Below, piece after piece: positions 35,578 through 44,876 of a stretch of DNA of 64,000 bases; positions within the stretch are counted from its first letter, which is position 1, and every line of letters begins with the position of its first letter. The notes beneath the pieces are model-generated. The model did no database searches. It had not been told where the DNA came from and worked only from the letters and a program-made list of their open reading frames with translations. Source of the DNA: Caldilineaceae bacterium. GTDB taxonomy: Bacteria > Chloroflexota > Anaerolineae > Caldilineales > Caldilineaceae. The stretch spans positions 6,235-70,234 of the forward strand of contig JADLFO010000115.1 of the NCBI GenBank assembly GCA_020845455.1, written 5' to 3'. The translations under genes were made by a program, and so were the position numbers.

Positions 35578-36609
35578 ATGCACTCGTTGTTGTGGCCGAT
35601 TTGGAACGGGGCCGAGGGGAGGGTGCGCGCCGGTTGGCGCATCTTGATCCACCTGGGTCTTTTCCTCTTTGCGCCGCCGCTTCTGAACCAGGCCGTTGGC
35701 CCTGCGATTAGCCGCACCATTGCCTATCTCGCACCGGACCTTGCCCTCCTGAGCGACCGGCTTACGCTGGCCGCGCTGCGCTTGCTGGCGGTGCTTGTCA
35801 GCACCGCCCTGGTAGTCTATTGGGTCGACCGGCGGCCTTGGCGCGATCTCGGCTTGCACATGGGGCGCGCCTGGTGGATCGACCTGGCGTTTGGGCTGGT
35901 CTTGGGCGCGGTGCTCATGACCTTTGTCTTTGTGGTGCAATATGTAGCGGGCTGGGTGGAGGTGCGCGAATTCTTTGCCGTCGAACTGGTCGACACCCCC
36001 TTTGTCATTGCCATCTTGGGGCCGCTGGCCGTCTTTGTGGTGGTGGGCATCACCGAGGAACTGCTCTCGCGCGGCTATCAACTGCGCAACCTGGCTGAAG
36101 GGCTGAACATGCGTTGGTGGGGGCCGCGCCCTGCCATCATCGCCGCCTGGGTGGTCTCCTCGTCGCTCTTTGGCCTGCTGCACATCTTTAACCCCAACGC
36201 CACCTGGATCAGCACCGTCTATCTGATGTTGGCGGGTCTCTTTTTGGGGCTGGGGTATGTACTCACCGGGCGGCTGGGGCTGCCGATCGGGCTGCATATC
36301 ACCTGGAATTTCTTTCAAGGTAACATCTACGGCTTCCCTGTCAGCGGCAACACCTTTAGCAGCGTCACCGTCATCGCCATTCGCCAGGGCGGCCCGGCGC
36401 TGTGGACAGGCGGGGCCTTTGGGCCGGAGGCCGGCTTGATCGGCATCGTGGCGATCCTGCTCGGCTGTCTGCTGACGCTGGCGTGGGTGCGTGTGTGCGA
36501 AGGCCGGCTGCAGTTCTATCTGCCGCTGGCCTGCTATCGCCCGCGGCGCGCGGCGCGGGCCGGCGGCTCGCCCCCCAATGCCGCTGCCCCGCGGCCTGAT
36601 GGCGGTTAG
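35578..36609 (+). CDS. CPBP-family (CAAX/Abi) intramembrane metalloprotease
   Basis: Motifs [44 protein letters not shown]; 8 or so TM helices. It is the 3' part of track ORF 34801..36609, whose 5' part is out-of-frame overlap with 34442..35395. Confidence 0.85.
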   Translation: MHSLLWPIWNGAEGRVRAGWRILIHLGLFLFAPPLLNQAVGPAISRTIAYLAPDLALLSDRLTLAALRLLAVLVSTALVVYWVDRRPWRDLGLHMGRAWWIDLAFGLVLGAVLMTFVFVVQYVAGWVEVREFFAVELVDTPFVIAILGPLAVFVVVGITEELLSRGYQLRNLAEGLNMRWWGPRPAIIAAWVVSSSLFGLLHIFNPNATWISTVYLMLAGLFLGLGYVLTGRLGLPIGLHITWNFFQGNIYGFPVSGNTFSSVTVIAIRQGGPALWTGGAFGPEAGLIGIVAILLGCLLTLAWVRVCEGRLQFYLPLACYRPRRAARAGGSPPNAAAPRPDGG

Positions 36610-36641
36610 CAACTGAACACGGAAACGATGAGGATCAGCCT

Positions 36642-38030
36642 ATGACAAGCAAGCTGTGGGGCGGGCGTTTCACCGGCGCAACCGACCCCTTGATGGAGCA
36701 GTTCAACGCCTCCATCGGATTTGATCAACGGCTCTGGCAAGCCGACATCCAGGGCAGCCAAGCCTATGGCCGCGCCCTGGCGCGTGCCGCCATCCTGACA
36801 CCCGCCGAGGCCGAGCAGATTGTCGGAGGGCTGGCGCAGGTGGCGCAGGAATGGGCCGCGGGCAGCTTTGCCATCCAGCCCAATGACGAAGACATCCACA
36901 CCGCCAACGAGCGCCGCCTGACCGAACTGATCGGGCCGGTCGCCGGCAAGCTACACACCGGGCGCAGCCGTAACGACCAGATCGCTACCGATGTACGCCT
37001 CTGGCTGCGCGTTCAGGTGGGCCATCTGCGTGGCCATCTGCGCCAGTTGATCAGCGTGGCCGTAGGCCGCGCCGCCGACGAGATCGACCTGATCATGCCG
37101 GGCTATACGCATCTGCAGCCGGCGCAGCCGGTGCGCTGGAGTCATTGGCTGCTCGGCCACGTCTGGGCCTGGCAGCGCGATACGGCGCGGCTCGACGACC
37201 TGCTGGCACGGCTCAACGTTCTGCCGTTGGGCAGCGGCGCGCTGGCCGGCAACCCGTTTGCGCTGGATCGCGCTGCGCTGGCCGCCGACCTGGGCTTCGC
37301 GGGGGTGACGCCTAACAGCCTGGACGCGGTGAGCGACCGCGATTTTATCGCCGAGTTTTTGTTCTGGGCCACACTCTGTATGGTGCATCTCAGCCGCCTG
37401 GCCGAAGACCTGATCGTCTTCAGCAGCCGCGAGTTTGGCTTTGTCGCCTTGGCCGATGCCTACAGCACAGGCAGCAGTTTGATGCCTCAAAAGAAGAACC
37501 CCGACGCGCTGGAACTGCTGCGCGGCAAGACGGGCCGTGTGCTCGGCGGGCTGACCGGGCTGCTGGCGACGCTCAAGGGGCTGCCCAGCACCTATAACAA
37601 GGATCTGCAAGAGGACAAGGAGCCGCTCTTCGACGCGGTGGAGACGCTGAGCGGTGCGCTGCAGATCGCCTGCGGCGTGCTTTCCACGCTCACGCCCAAC
37701 CCGGCGCGGCTGCGTGCCGCGCTTGCCTCTGAGATGCTGGCGACAGACCTGGCTGACTATCTGGTACGCAAGGGCGTGCCCTTCCGCGAGACCCATCATG
37801 TGGCGGGCACGGCGGTGCAGCTTGCCGAGCAGCGCGGGGTCGATCTGGCGGCGCTGACCCTAGCCGATCTGACCGGCCTACACCCTGCCTTCGAGGCCGA
37901 TGTCGCCGCGGTCTGGGATGTGGAACACAGCGTAGAACGGCGCGATGTGGACGGCGGGACCAGCCGCCGCGCTGTGCTGGCCCAGATCGCCCAGTTGCGC
38001 GGCTGGCTGGGCGACCCGGCTGGGCAGTAG
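36642..38030 (+). CDS. argH: Argininosuccinate lyase
   Basis: [42 protein letters not shown]...; fumarate-lyase signature [12 protein letters not shown]. Confidence 0.95.
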   Translation: MTSKLWGGRFTGATDPLMEQFNASIGFDQRLWQADIQGSQAYGRALARAAILTPAEAEQIVGGLAQVAQEWAAGSFAIQPNDEDIHTANERRLTELIGPVAGKLHTGRSRNDQIATDVRLWLRVQVGHLRGHLRQLISVAVGRAADEIDLIMPGYTHLQPAQPVRWSHWLLGHVWAWQRDTARLDDLLARLNVLPLGSGALAGNPFALDRAALAADLGFAGVTPNSLDAVSDRDFIAEFLFWATLCMVHLSRLAEDLIVFSSREFGFVALADAYSTGSSLMPQKKNPDALELLRGKTGRVLGGLTGLLATLKGLPSTYNKDLQEDKEPLFDAVETLSGALQIACGVLSTLTPNPARLRAALASEMLATDLADYLVRKGVPFRETHHVAGTAVQLAEQRGVDLAALTLADLTGLHPAFEADVAAVWDVEHSVERRDVDGGTSRRAVLAQIAQLRGWLGDPAGQ

Positions 38031-38105
38031 TCCCTGGGGCGGCGGGGTCTGAATGGCACGGTTTTGATGTTGGCGCTTTGGACAGTCTCTTAGGAAAAAA
38101 GGGTT

Positions 38106-38134
38106 TTGACAAACCTTGTAAGCTTTGCTAGGAT
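38106..38134 (+). promoter_or_regulatory. Candidate promoter of the large ABC block
   Basis: TTGACA (38106-38111), a 17-nt spacer, then TAGGAT (38129-38134). It would give a ~240-nt leader containing a T7 run at 38311-38317. Confidence 0.35.
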
Positions 38135-38382
38135 TGCGGTGCAAAATGGCTAGAGTAGAAATAGCTGAAGTAGATTTCTGTGGCAAACGACCCGGTGGTG
38201 CATGGCCTTTTGCCGATGTCGCCGGGACTGTTTGGTCTCGCAGTGACCTGCCCCGCCCGGCTGCATCCTCTCTGCCCCGCGCAGAGGGCATTTCCAACGG
38301 GAGATGACCGTTTTTTTGGCAGGCTCGCCGGCAATTTGCCATGATGCCTGCCTATCTGTATCTATCGATGGAGCATACCTTC

Positions 38383-39396
38383 ATGGCAAAATTGCTGGAA
38401 GTGAAGAACCTTAGAACCCAGTTCTTCACGCAAGATGGCGTTGTCCATGCCGTCAACGGCATCTCCTATTCGGTCGATAAAGGAGAGACAATCGCCATCG
38501 TGGGCGAGTCCGGCTCCGGCAAAAGCGTCGGGGTCATGTCCCTGATCCGGCTGATCCCACAGCCGCCGGGCAGAATCGTCGACGGCGAAGTCTGGTTCGA
38601 CGGGCAGGACTTGCTCAAACTCAGCGAAGACGAGCTGCGCCATGTGCGCGGCAATCGCATCGCCATGATCTTCCAAGACCCCATGACCTCGCTCAATCCG
38701 GTGCTTACGATTGGGCGGCAGATCACCGAGGCGCTCGAACTGCACCTAGATATGAACAAGGAGCAAAGCCGCAAGCGCGCCGTCCAATTGCTGGAGATGG
38801 TCGGCATCCCCGGTGCGGAATCGCGCCTGGACGACTACCCGCACCAGTTCTCCGGGGGGATGCGCCAGCGTGTGATGATTGCCATGGGGTTGAGCTGCAA
38901 CCCCCAACTGCTGATCGCCGACGAGCCAACCACCGCGCTCGACGTGACGATCCAGGCGCAGATCATCGACCTAGTAACTCGTCTCAAAGAAGAACTGGGC
39001 ATGTCCATCATTTGGATCACCCACGACCTGGGCGTCGTCGCCGGCATGGCGCAGCGCGTGCTCGTCATGTATTCGGGTTTCATCATCGAGGAAGCGCCGG
39101 TCGACCAGATCTACGCCAACCCGCGCCACCCCTACACGCTCGGCCTGCTGCGCTCGATCCCGCGGCTGGACTTGGGCCGCCAAAAGCGTCTGATCCCCAT
39201 TGAAGGGCTGCCGCCGGACCTGTTGGAACTGCCCAACCAGTGCCCGTTTGCGCCGCGCTGTGCATTTGTGATCGAAAAATGTTGGCAGGAGAACCCGCCG
39301 TTGGAGTTGGTGGGGCCAAACCATCGCGCCGCCTGCTGGGTCGATATTTCGAATGTGAAGGTGCATGTGACCGAAACCGAGGAGGCCGTGCAATGA
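38383..39396 (+). CDS. ABC transporter ATP-binding protein (OppD/DppD-type)
   Basis: Start ATG 38383 ([14 protein letters not shown]). Walker [10 protein letters not shown], signature FSGGMRQRV, Walker [14 protein letters not shown]-terminal Opp/Dpp extension ([11 protein letters not shown]...CPFAPRC). Confidence 0.9.
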   Translation: MAKLLEVKNLRTQFFTQDGVVHAVNGISYSVDKGETIAIVGESGSGKSVGVMSLIRLIPQPPGRIVDGEVWFDGQDLLKLSEDELRHVRGNRIAMIFQDPMTSLNPVLTIGRQITEALELHLDMNKEQSRKRAVQLLEMVGIPGAESRLDDYPHQFSGGMRQRVMIAMGLSCNPQLLIADEPTTALDVTIQAQIIDLVTRLKEELGMSIIWITHDLGVVAGMAQRVLVMYSGFIIEEAPVDQIYANPRHPYTLGLLRSIPRLDLGRQKRLIPIEGLPPDLLELPNQCPFAPRCAFVIEKCWQENPPLELVGPNHRAACWVDISNVKVHVTETEEAVQ

Positions 39397-40436
39397 GTCC
39401 GGCAACCGGCGCAGTTCAGACTTATTCCGCCGCTCAGCCTGCCGCGACCAATGGCCGCGGCGAGTCGCTGCTGAAGGTGCGCGACCTCAAGATGCACTTC
39501 CCCATCACACGCGGCATCATCTTTCAGCGCCAGGTGGGCGCGATCAAAGCCGTGGATGGGGTGGATTTCTCCATGGTCAAGGGAGAAACCCTGGGGCTGG
39601 TGGGCGAATCGGGCTGTGGCAAATCCACCACGGGTCGCGCCATTCTCCAACTCTATCGCCCGACCGACGGCGAGGTCTTTTTCGAAGGCGTGGACCTGAC
39701 CAAGACCAAGGGCGAAGAGCTGCGCAAGATGCGCCGCCGCATGCAGATGATCTTTCAAGACCCCTATGCCTCGCTCAACCCGCGCATGACCGTGGGCAGC
39801 ATCATCGGCGAGCCGCTTGAAGTACATAACATCGGCAGCAGCAAAAAGGAGCGTCAAGAGCGCGTCCAAGAATTGCTCAAGACGGTGGGGCTGAACCCCT
39901 ATTTTGTCAACCGCTACCCGCATGAGTTTTCCGGCGGTCAGCGCCAGCGCATCGGTGTGGCGCGCGCCTTGGCCGTCAACCCCGCCTTTATCGTCTGCGA
40001 CGAGCCGATCTCGGCGCTGGACGTGTCGATCCAGGCGCAGATCATCAACCTTTTGGAAGACCTGCAAGACGAGTTGGGGCTGACTTATCTCTTTATCGCG
40101 CACGATTTGTCGGTCGTGCGCCATATCTCCGACCGCATTGCGGTGATGTATCTTGGCAAAATTGTGGAGTTGGCCGACCGTGATGAACTGTATGCCAACC
40201 CCATGCACCCTTATACCCAGGCGTTGCTCTCGGCGGTGCCCATCCCCGACCCGGTGGTGGAAAGCCAGCGCCGGCGCATCATCCTGGAAGGCGATGTGCC
40301 CAGCCCGGCCAACCCCCCCAAGGGCTGCAACTTCTCCACCCGCTGCCCGCGCGTGATGGACATCTGTCGGGAGAAGGAGCCGCCCTTTAAGGGGTATGCG
40401 CCGGGTCACCATACGGCGTGTTGGCTGTATGAATAG
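39393..40436 (+). CDS. ABC transporter ATP-binding protein (OppF/DppF-type)
   Basis: ATGA overlap with the upstream stop and GAGGAG at 39380-39385. [46 protein letters not shown]. Confidence 0.9.
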   Translation: MSPATGAVQTYSAAQPAATNGRGESLLKVRDLKMHFPITRGIIFQRQVGAIKAVDGVDFSMVKGETLGLVGESGCGKSTTGRAILQLYRPTDGEVFFEGVDLTKTKGEELRKMRRRMQMIFQDPYASLNPRMTVGSIIGEPLEVHNIGSSKKERQERVQELLKTVGLNPYFVNRYPHEFSGGQRQRIGVARALAVNPAFIVCDEPISALDVSIQAQIINLLEDLQDELGLTYLFIAHDLSVVRHISDRIAVMYLGKIVELADRDELYANPMHPYTQALLSAVPIPDPVVESQRRRIILEGDVPSPANPPKGCNFSTRCPRVMDICREKEPPFKGYAPGHHTACWLYE

Positions 40437-40609
40437 CGCAAGATAGCTTCCCGGAAGCTCGGCGCTTCCGGGAAGCTCTGATCCCGCAGCTTGTACGGCA
40501 GCGCCGCCGCAGGGCCGGTTCAACTGTGTGAGAACAGCATCTGTCTACCTTTGAAGACTGATTGTCCGGTTCTTGCACTCGTGTCACTATACAAAGGAGT
40601 ATGGAGCGT

Positions 40610-42400
40610 ATGAAGATCAAGTGGTTATTGTTCACAGGGTTGCTGATCGCAGTTCTGGTCGTCGGCGCGTGTACGGCGCCCCCGGCTCCTGCCGGCGAGG
40701 CTGCGCCGGCTGCCGGCGGCGAAGCTGCCCAACCCGAAGCCGCCCCGGCTGAAACTGGCGAAAAGGTGACGTTAGACACTGTCTTTAGCACCGAACCGCC
40801 TACACTGGACCCCAGCCGAGGCACCGACAGCCAATCGATCTGGACCATCCGCCAGATATTCATGGGCCTCACCGGTTTTGACGAGCAGGCCAATGTTGTA
40901 CCTGCCCTTGCCACCGAGTGGTCGGTCTCCGAAGATGGCTTGACCTGGACCTACAAGCTGCGCGACGACGTGCATTGGGTCAAGCTCGACCCGGCCAGCG
41001 GTGAGTTTGCCGACCTGGGGCCTGTCACCGCCAAGGATGTCGAGTACGCCGTCAAGCGCACGTTGGACCCCAACACTGCCTCCGACTACGCCTATGTGCT
41101 CTATATCGTCCAGGGGGGTGAAGAGTTCAACACCGCCGACCCGGCCGCGGCCGACTTTGAAGATATTCGCAGCGCTGTGGGCGTAAAGGCGGTCGACGAC
41201 ACCACGGTCGAGTTCACGCTCAAGCAGCCCGCCGCCTATTTCCCCTCCATCACCGGTCTGTGGATCACCTTCCCGCAGAACCAGGAGGCTGTGGAAGCCG
41301 GCGGCGACACATGGACCGAACCGGGCAGCATCGTCACTAACGGCCCCTACACGCTGGAAACTTGGCAGCACGGAGCGGAGATGCGCTATGTGAAGAACCC
41401 GCTCTGGTACAACGCGGCCAACGTGCAGGTCGAGGTCATCCAAGGCCCCATCATCGAGTCCGAGTCGACGGCCATGTCGATGTATGAGGCCAACGAGATC
41501 GACATGATGGCCGACCCCGGTTGGGGGCCGCCGCTGCCCGACATGGACCGCATCAAGGCCGACCCGACGCTCAGCGCCGAACTGCTGATCGCCCCGCGCC
41601 TCTGCACCTACTACTATGGCTTTGTCAACACCAAGCCGCCCTTTGACAACCCGCTGGTGCGCAAGGCCTTTGCCGCGGCCATTGACCGCCAGAGCTTGAT
41701 CGACAATCTGCTCAAGGGCGAACAGGTGCCGGCGCACTCGTTTGTCTCGCCCGGCAATTTTGGCAACGTCGCCGGCGATATGTCAATCGGCGGCTGGATG
41801 GTGCAAGAGGACTTCGGCGCCCAGTTGGAGCAGGCACGCGCTTGGTTGGCCGAGGCCGGCTTCCCCGAAGGCGAGGGGATGAACATCACCTTGATGTACA
41901 ACACCTCCGAGGCCCATGCCCAGATTGCCCAGGCCGTGCAGGCCATGTGGGTGGAAGCCTTCCCCAAGGCCGTGATCAATGTCGAGAACCAGGAGTGGCA
42001 GGTCTATCTGACGACCTTGCTCCCCGACTCGCCGGTGGAAGAAAAGCCTGAGGTCTACCGCATGGGCTGGTGTGCCGACTATCCGGATGCCAACAACTGG
42101 CTCAACGAAGTCTTCCACTCCAAGTCGGGCCAGAATTATGCCGTCTTCAACAACCCAGAGTATGACGCTGCTGTTGAGGAGGCGGCTCTGGAGCCTGACC
42201 CGGCCAAGCGCCAGGAACTCTATAAGCAGGCCGAAACGCTGTTGATCGAAGACGCCACCGCCATCGCGCCGATCTACTACTACACCTATGTGCGTCTGTA
42301 CAAGCCGTGGGTAAGCTATGTGATTAGCCCCGTAACCGGCGATCCGGTCTCCGAATGGACGATCGACGTCGAAGCCAAGGCGGCTGCCCGGGGTCAGTAA
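40610..42400 (+). CDS. ABC transporter substrate-binding lipoprotein, family 5
   Basis: ATG 40610, 10 nt after AAGGAG (ATG 40601 is an alternative). Lipobox MKIKWLLFTGLLIAVLVVGAC. LATEWSVSEDGLTWTYKLRDDVHW, NGPYTLETWQ, LVRKAFAAAIDRQSL. Confidence 0.9.
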   Translation: MKIKWLLFTGLLIAVLVVGACTAPPAPAGEAAPAAGGEAAQPEAAPAETGEKVTLDTVFSTEPPTLDPSRGTDSQSIWTIRQIFMGLTGFDEQANVVPALATEWSVSEDGLTWTYKLRDDVHWVKLDPASGEFADLGPVTAKDVEYAVKRTLDPNTASDYAYVLYIVQGGEEFNTADPAAADFEDIRSAVGVKAVDDTTVEFTLKQPAAYFPSITGLWITFPQNQEAVEAGGDTWTEPGSIVTNGPYTLETWQHGAEMRYVKNPLWYNAANVQVEVIQGPIIESESTAMSMYEANEIDMMADPGWGPPLPDMDRIKADPTLSAELLIAPRLCTYYYGFVNTKPPFDNPLVRKAFAAAIDRQSLIDNLLKGEQVPAHSFVSPGNFGNVAGDMSIGGWMVQEDFGAQLEQARAWLAEAGFPEGEGMNITLMYNTSEAHAQIAQAVQAMWVEAFPKAVINVENQEWQVYLTTLLPDSPVEEKPEVYRMGWCADYPDANNWLNEVFHSKSGQNYAVFNNPEYDAAVEEAALEPDPAKRQELYKQAETLLIEDATAIAPIYYYTYVRLYKPWVSYVISPVTGDPVSEWTIDVEAKAAARGQ

Positions 42401-42417
42401 CCCCTTCGTCGTGAACT

Positions 42418-42467
42418 CACCTGCTGTTCCGGATGAAGCAAGACAAGCTTATCCGGAACAGCAGGTG
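42418..42467 (+). terminator. 17-bp perfect hairpin between the SBP and permease genes (attenuator/stabiliser candidate)
   Basis: CACCTGCTGTTCCGGAT-N16-ATCCGGAACAGCAGGTG, 18 nt after the stop at 42400. Confidence 0.45.
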
Positions 42468-42503
42468 TTCGTATAAAGGCTAGAAGTAGCAAAACCAACC
42501 ATC

Positions 42504-43568
42504 ATGTGGCGATTTATCCTCCGGCGGATTATCTGGTCTATCCCTGTTATCCTGCTTTTGACCTTTACAGTCTTTGCGCTGATGCGCGCGCTGCCGGGCG
42601 GCCCCTTCGACTTTGCAGGAGATAAGAGCCTGCCCAAGGCAGTGTCCGACAACCTCAAGCGTCGTTATCATCTCGACTGGCCTCTCTATCTCCAGTACTC
42701 ATCCTATTTGCTCGGCGACGATGTCACCTACGCCCTTTGTCGCGTCGTTCCGGTGACGCCCGGCTGTGACCAAGTGTTGACCTCGACCAACCTAGACGTC
42801 TCCAAGGGCATCATCCGCGGCGACTTGGGGCCGGCCATGCGCCAGCGCGGTCGCACCGTCAACGCGATCATCTCCGAGTCGTTCCCCATTTCGCTGCAAC
42901 TGGGCGCCATGGCGATCGCGTTCGGGCTGTTCTTTGGCATCCCCTTGGGAACGATCGCCGCGTTGCGCCAGAACACGGCCGTGGACTATATGGCGAGCTT
43001 CTTCGCCGTGCTGGGACTGTCCATCCCCAGCCTTGTTTTGGGGCCGCTGTTGATCTGGGTCTTTGCGCTGTGGCTGGGATGGTTCCCGGTTTCTACCTGG
43101 GGCGCAAAACCGCCCTTCCTTTTGGGCTTTATTCCTGTGCCCATAGCAGATTTCCTTCTGCATGCTGCGCTGCCCGTGACGGCCCTCGGGGTGGCGCTCA
43201 CGGCCAGCATCGCGCGCCTGACGCGCGCCAGCTTGCTCCAGGTGATCGGCGAGGATTATATCCGCACGGCGCGCGCCAAGGGGCTGCCCGGCCGTATTCT
43301 GGTGGTCCGCCATGCCCTGCGCAACAGCTTGATTCCGGTTGTGACGATTTTGGGGCCGCTGACCGCAGGGGTGGTGACCGGCTCGTTTATCACCGAGTTT
43401 GTCTTTGGCATCCCTGGAATGGGCAAGCATTTCATCACCAGCATCAGCAACCGCGATTACTCGTTGATCTCCGGCGCGACGCTGGTCTATGCGCTCATCT
43501 TGGTGTTGGCTAACCTGACGGTCGATATTTTGTACGCCTGGCTGGATCCGCGTATCCGGTATGATTAG
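42504..43568 (+). CDS. ABC transporter permease (OppB-type) with an enlarged first periplasmic loop
   Basis: EDYIRTARAKGLPGRILVVRHALRNS. The loop insertion is ...LLGDDVTYALCRVVPVTPGCDQVLTSTNLDVSKGIIRGDLG. Confidence 0.9.
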   Translation: MWRFILRRIIWSIPVILLLTFTVFALMRALPGGPFDFAGDKSLPKAVSDNLKRRYHLDWPLYLQYSSYLLGDDVTYALCRVVPVTPGCDQVLTSTNLDVSKGIIRGDLGPAMRQRGRTVNAIISESFPISLQLGAMAIAFGLFFGIPLGTIAALRQNTAVDYMASFFAVLGLSIPSLVLGPLLIWVFALWLGWFPVSTWGAKPPFLLGFIPVPIADFLLHAALPVTALGVALTASIARLTRASLLQVIGEDYIRTARAKGLPGRILVVRHALRNSLIPVVTILGPLTAGVVTGSFITEFVFGIPGMGKHFITSISNRDYSLISGATLVYALILVLANLTVDILYAWLDPRIRYD

Positions 43569-43722
43569 CTTGTAGCATCTTTTTTGACAGTGGGTCTGTC
43601 TGGCGACACCGCCATTCTCCTTGCCTGTGTGATGTATGTATCCAGCGGTGTATCCAACGGTACGCATGAACCGAGCGGGGGAACGGGGATAAGGCAGGCA
43701 AGTTTTTTGAAATGAGCGTTCT

Positions 43723-44778
43723 GTGGCTGTTGCAAAGCAATCCTTAACTCAAACGTCGCGTGACCGATCGTCGATTGACCTGATCAGCCGCCCGCGCAGC
43801 CCGCTCGGCGATGCCTGGCGCAGCTTGCTGCATCACCGCATGGCCGTGGCGAGCGGCTGTTTTGTGATTTTTCTCGCGGTGCTCGCCCTTTTGGCCGACT
43901 ATATCAATCCCTTCGTGTTCCAAGGCTACAGCGATGTGCTGGACAAACTCAACCAAACCGCCTATGCCAAGCAGACCCTGCAGGACAATGCCGCGCTGCC
44001 CATGAGCCAGTCGGCTAATCCGGACCTGGAGGGCTTTGTCTATTGGGTTGGGGCCGATTCGTTGGGCCGTGATCTGCTCAGCCGCACGCTGTACGGCGCG
44101 CGGGTGTCGCTGTCGGTAGCGATCACTGCCGCGCTCGTCAGCCTGATCATCGGGTTGGCCTATGGGCTGACGTCCGGCTATTTTGGTGGCCGGGTTGATG
44201 AACTGATGATGCGTTTTGTCGACTTTCTCTATGGCCTGCCCATTATTATCGTCGTCATCCTCATGCAGGTCTATTTCAAAGCGATGGCCCGTCGCGGCGG
44301 GGATGAAGGATTTGTGGGCACGATCCTCAGCATCAATGCTGCGATGGGCGGCATGCTCTTTGTCTTCATTGCGATCGGCGCGCTCAACTGGATCGGCATG
44401 GCGCGCATTGCGCGCGGCCAAACGCTGTCGTACAAGCAGAAAGAGTTTGTCGAAGCGGCACGCTCTACGGGCAGCCGGTCGCCGCGTATCCTCTTCTCCC
44501 ATCTGCTGCCCAATATCCTGGGGCCGTGTATCGTCCAAGAGACCCTGCAGATTCCTGGCTATATCCTGCTCGAAGCTACACTGAGCTTTATCGGTTTGGG
44601 CGTCGATCCCCCCACGCCGAGTTGGGGGATTATGATCAACGAGGGGTTTTTGGCGCTGCGCTCATCGCCCCATATCATTCTCGTCCCGGCCATTGCGTTG
44701 GTTGTGACTGTGTTGTCGTTTAACTTCCTGGGCGATGGGCTGCGCGACGCGTTTGACCCGCGCCAGCGTGGGGCGTAG
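43723..44778 (+). CDS. ABC transporter permease (OppC-type)
   Basis: GTG start. GADSLGRDLLSRTLYG, KEFVEAARSTGSRSPRILFSHLLPNI. Confidence 0.9.
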   Translation: MAVAKQSLTQTSRDRSSIDLISRPRSPLGDAWRSLLHHRMAVASGCFVIFLAVLALLADYINPFVFQGYSDVLDKLNQTAYAKQTLQDNAALPMSQSANPDLEGFVYWVGADSLGRDLLSRTLYGARVSLSVAITAALVSLIIGLAYGLTSGYFGGRVDELMMRFVDFLYGLPIIIVVILMQVYFKAMARRGGDEGFVGTILSINAAMGGMLFVFIAIGALNWIGMARIARGQTLSYKQKEFVEAARSTGSRSPRILFSHLLPNILGPCIVQETLQIPGYILLEATLSFIGLGVDPPTPSWGIMINEGFLALRSSPHIILVPAIALVVTVLSFNFLGDGLRDAFDPRQRGA

Positions 44779-44789
44779 ACGGTCTCCGC

Positions 44790-44831
44790 CCGTTCAGAAC
44801 TGTCCGTTCAAATCTGTTTATTCAGAAGCGC
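44790..44831. repeat. Three tandem 14-nt repeats upstream of the permuted SBP gene
   Basis: CCGTTCAGAACTGT / CCGTTCAAATCTGT / TTATTCAGAAGCGC, in a lower-GC spacer. Confidence 0.6.
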
Positions 44832-44876
44832 CGGTGTAAAACTGTGTCAATCTATCTTCAGCAGAAAGAGTGTGAC

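Noticed and set aside
34801-36609. 602-aa ORF spanning the hypothetical gene, the terminator and the CPBP protease
   Set aside because: Its first ~260 aa are an out-of-frame overlap with 34442..35395 (Arg/Gly-rich junk) and run through an intrinsic terminator. Only the part from ATG 35578 shows CPBP motifs.
38125-38307. 60-aa ORF in the leader of the large ABC block
   Set aside because: It has no ribosome-binding site and an unremarkable composition. It would start almost at the predicted transcription start. I treat it as non-coding leader.
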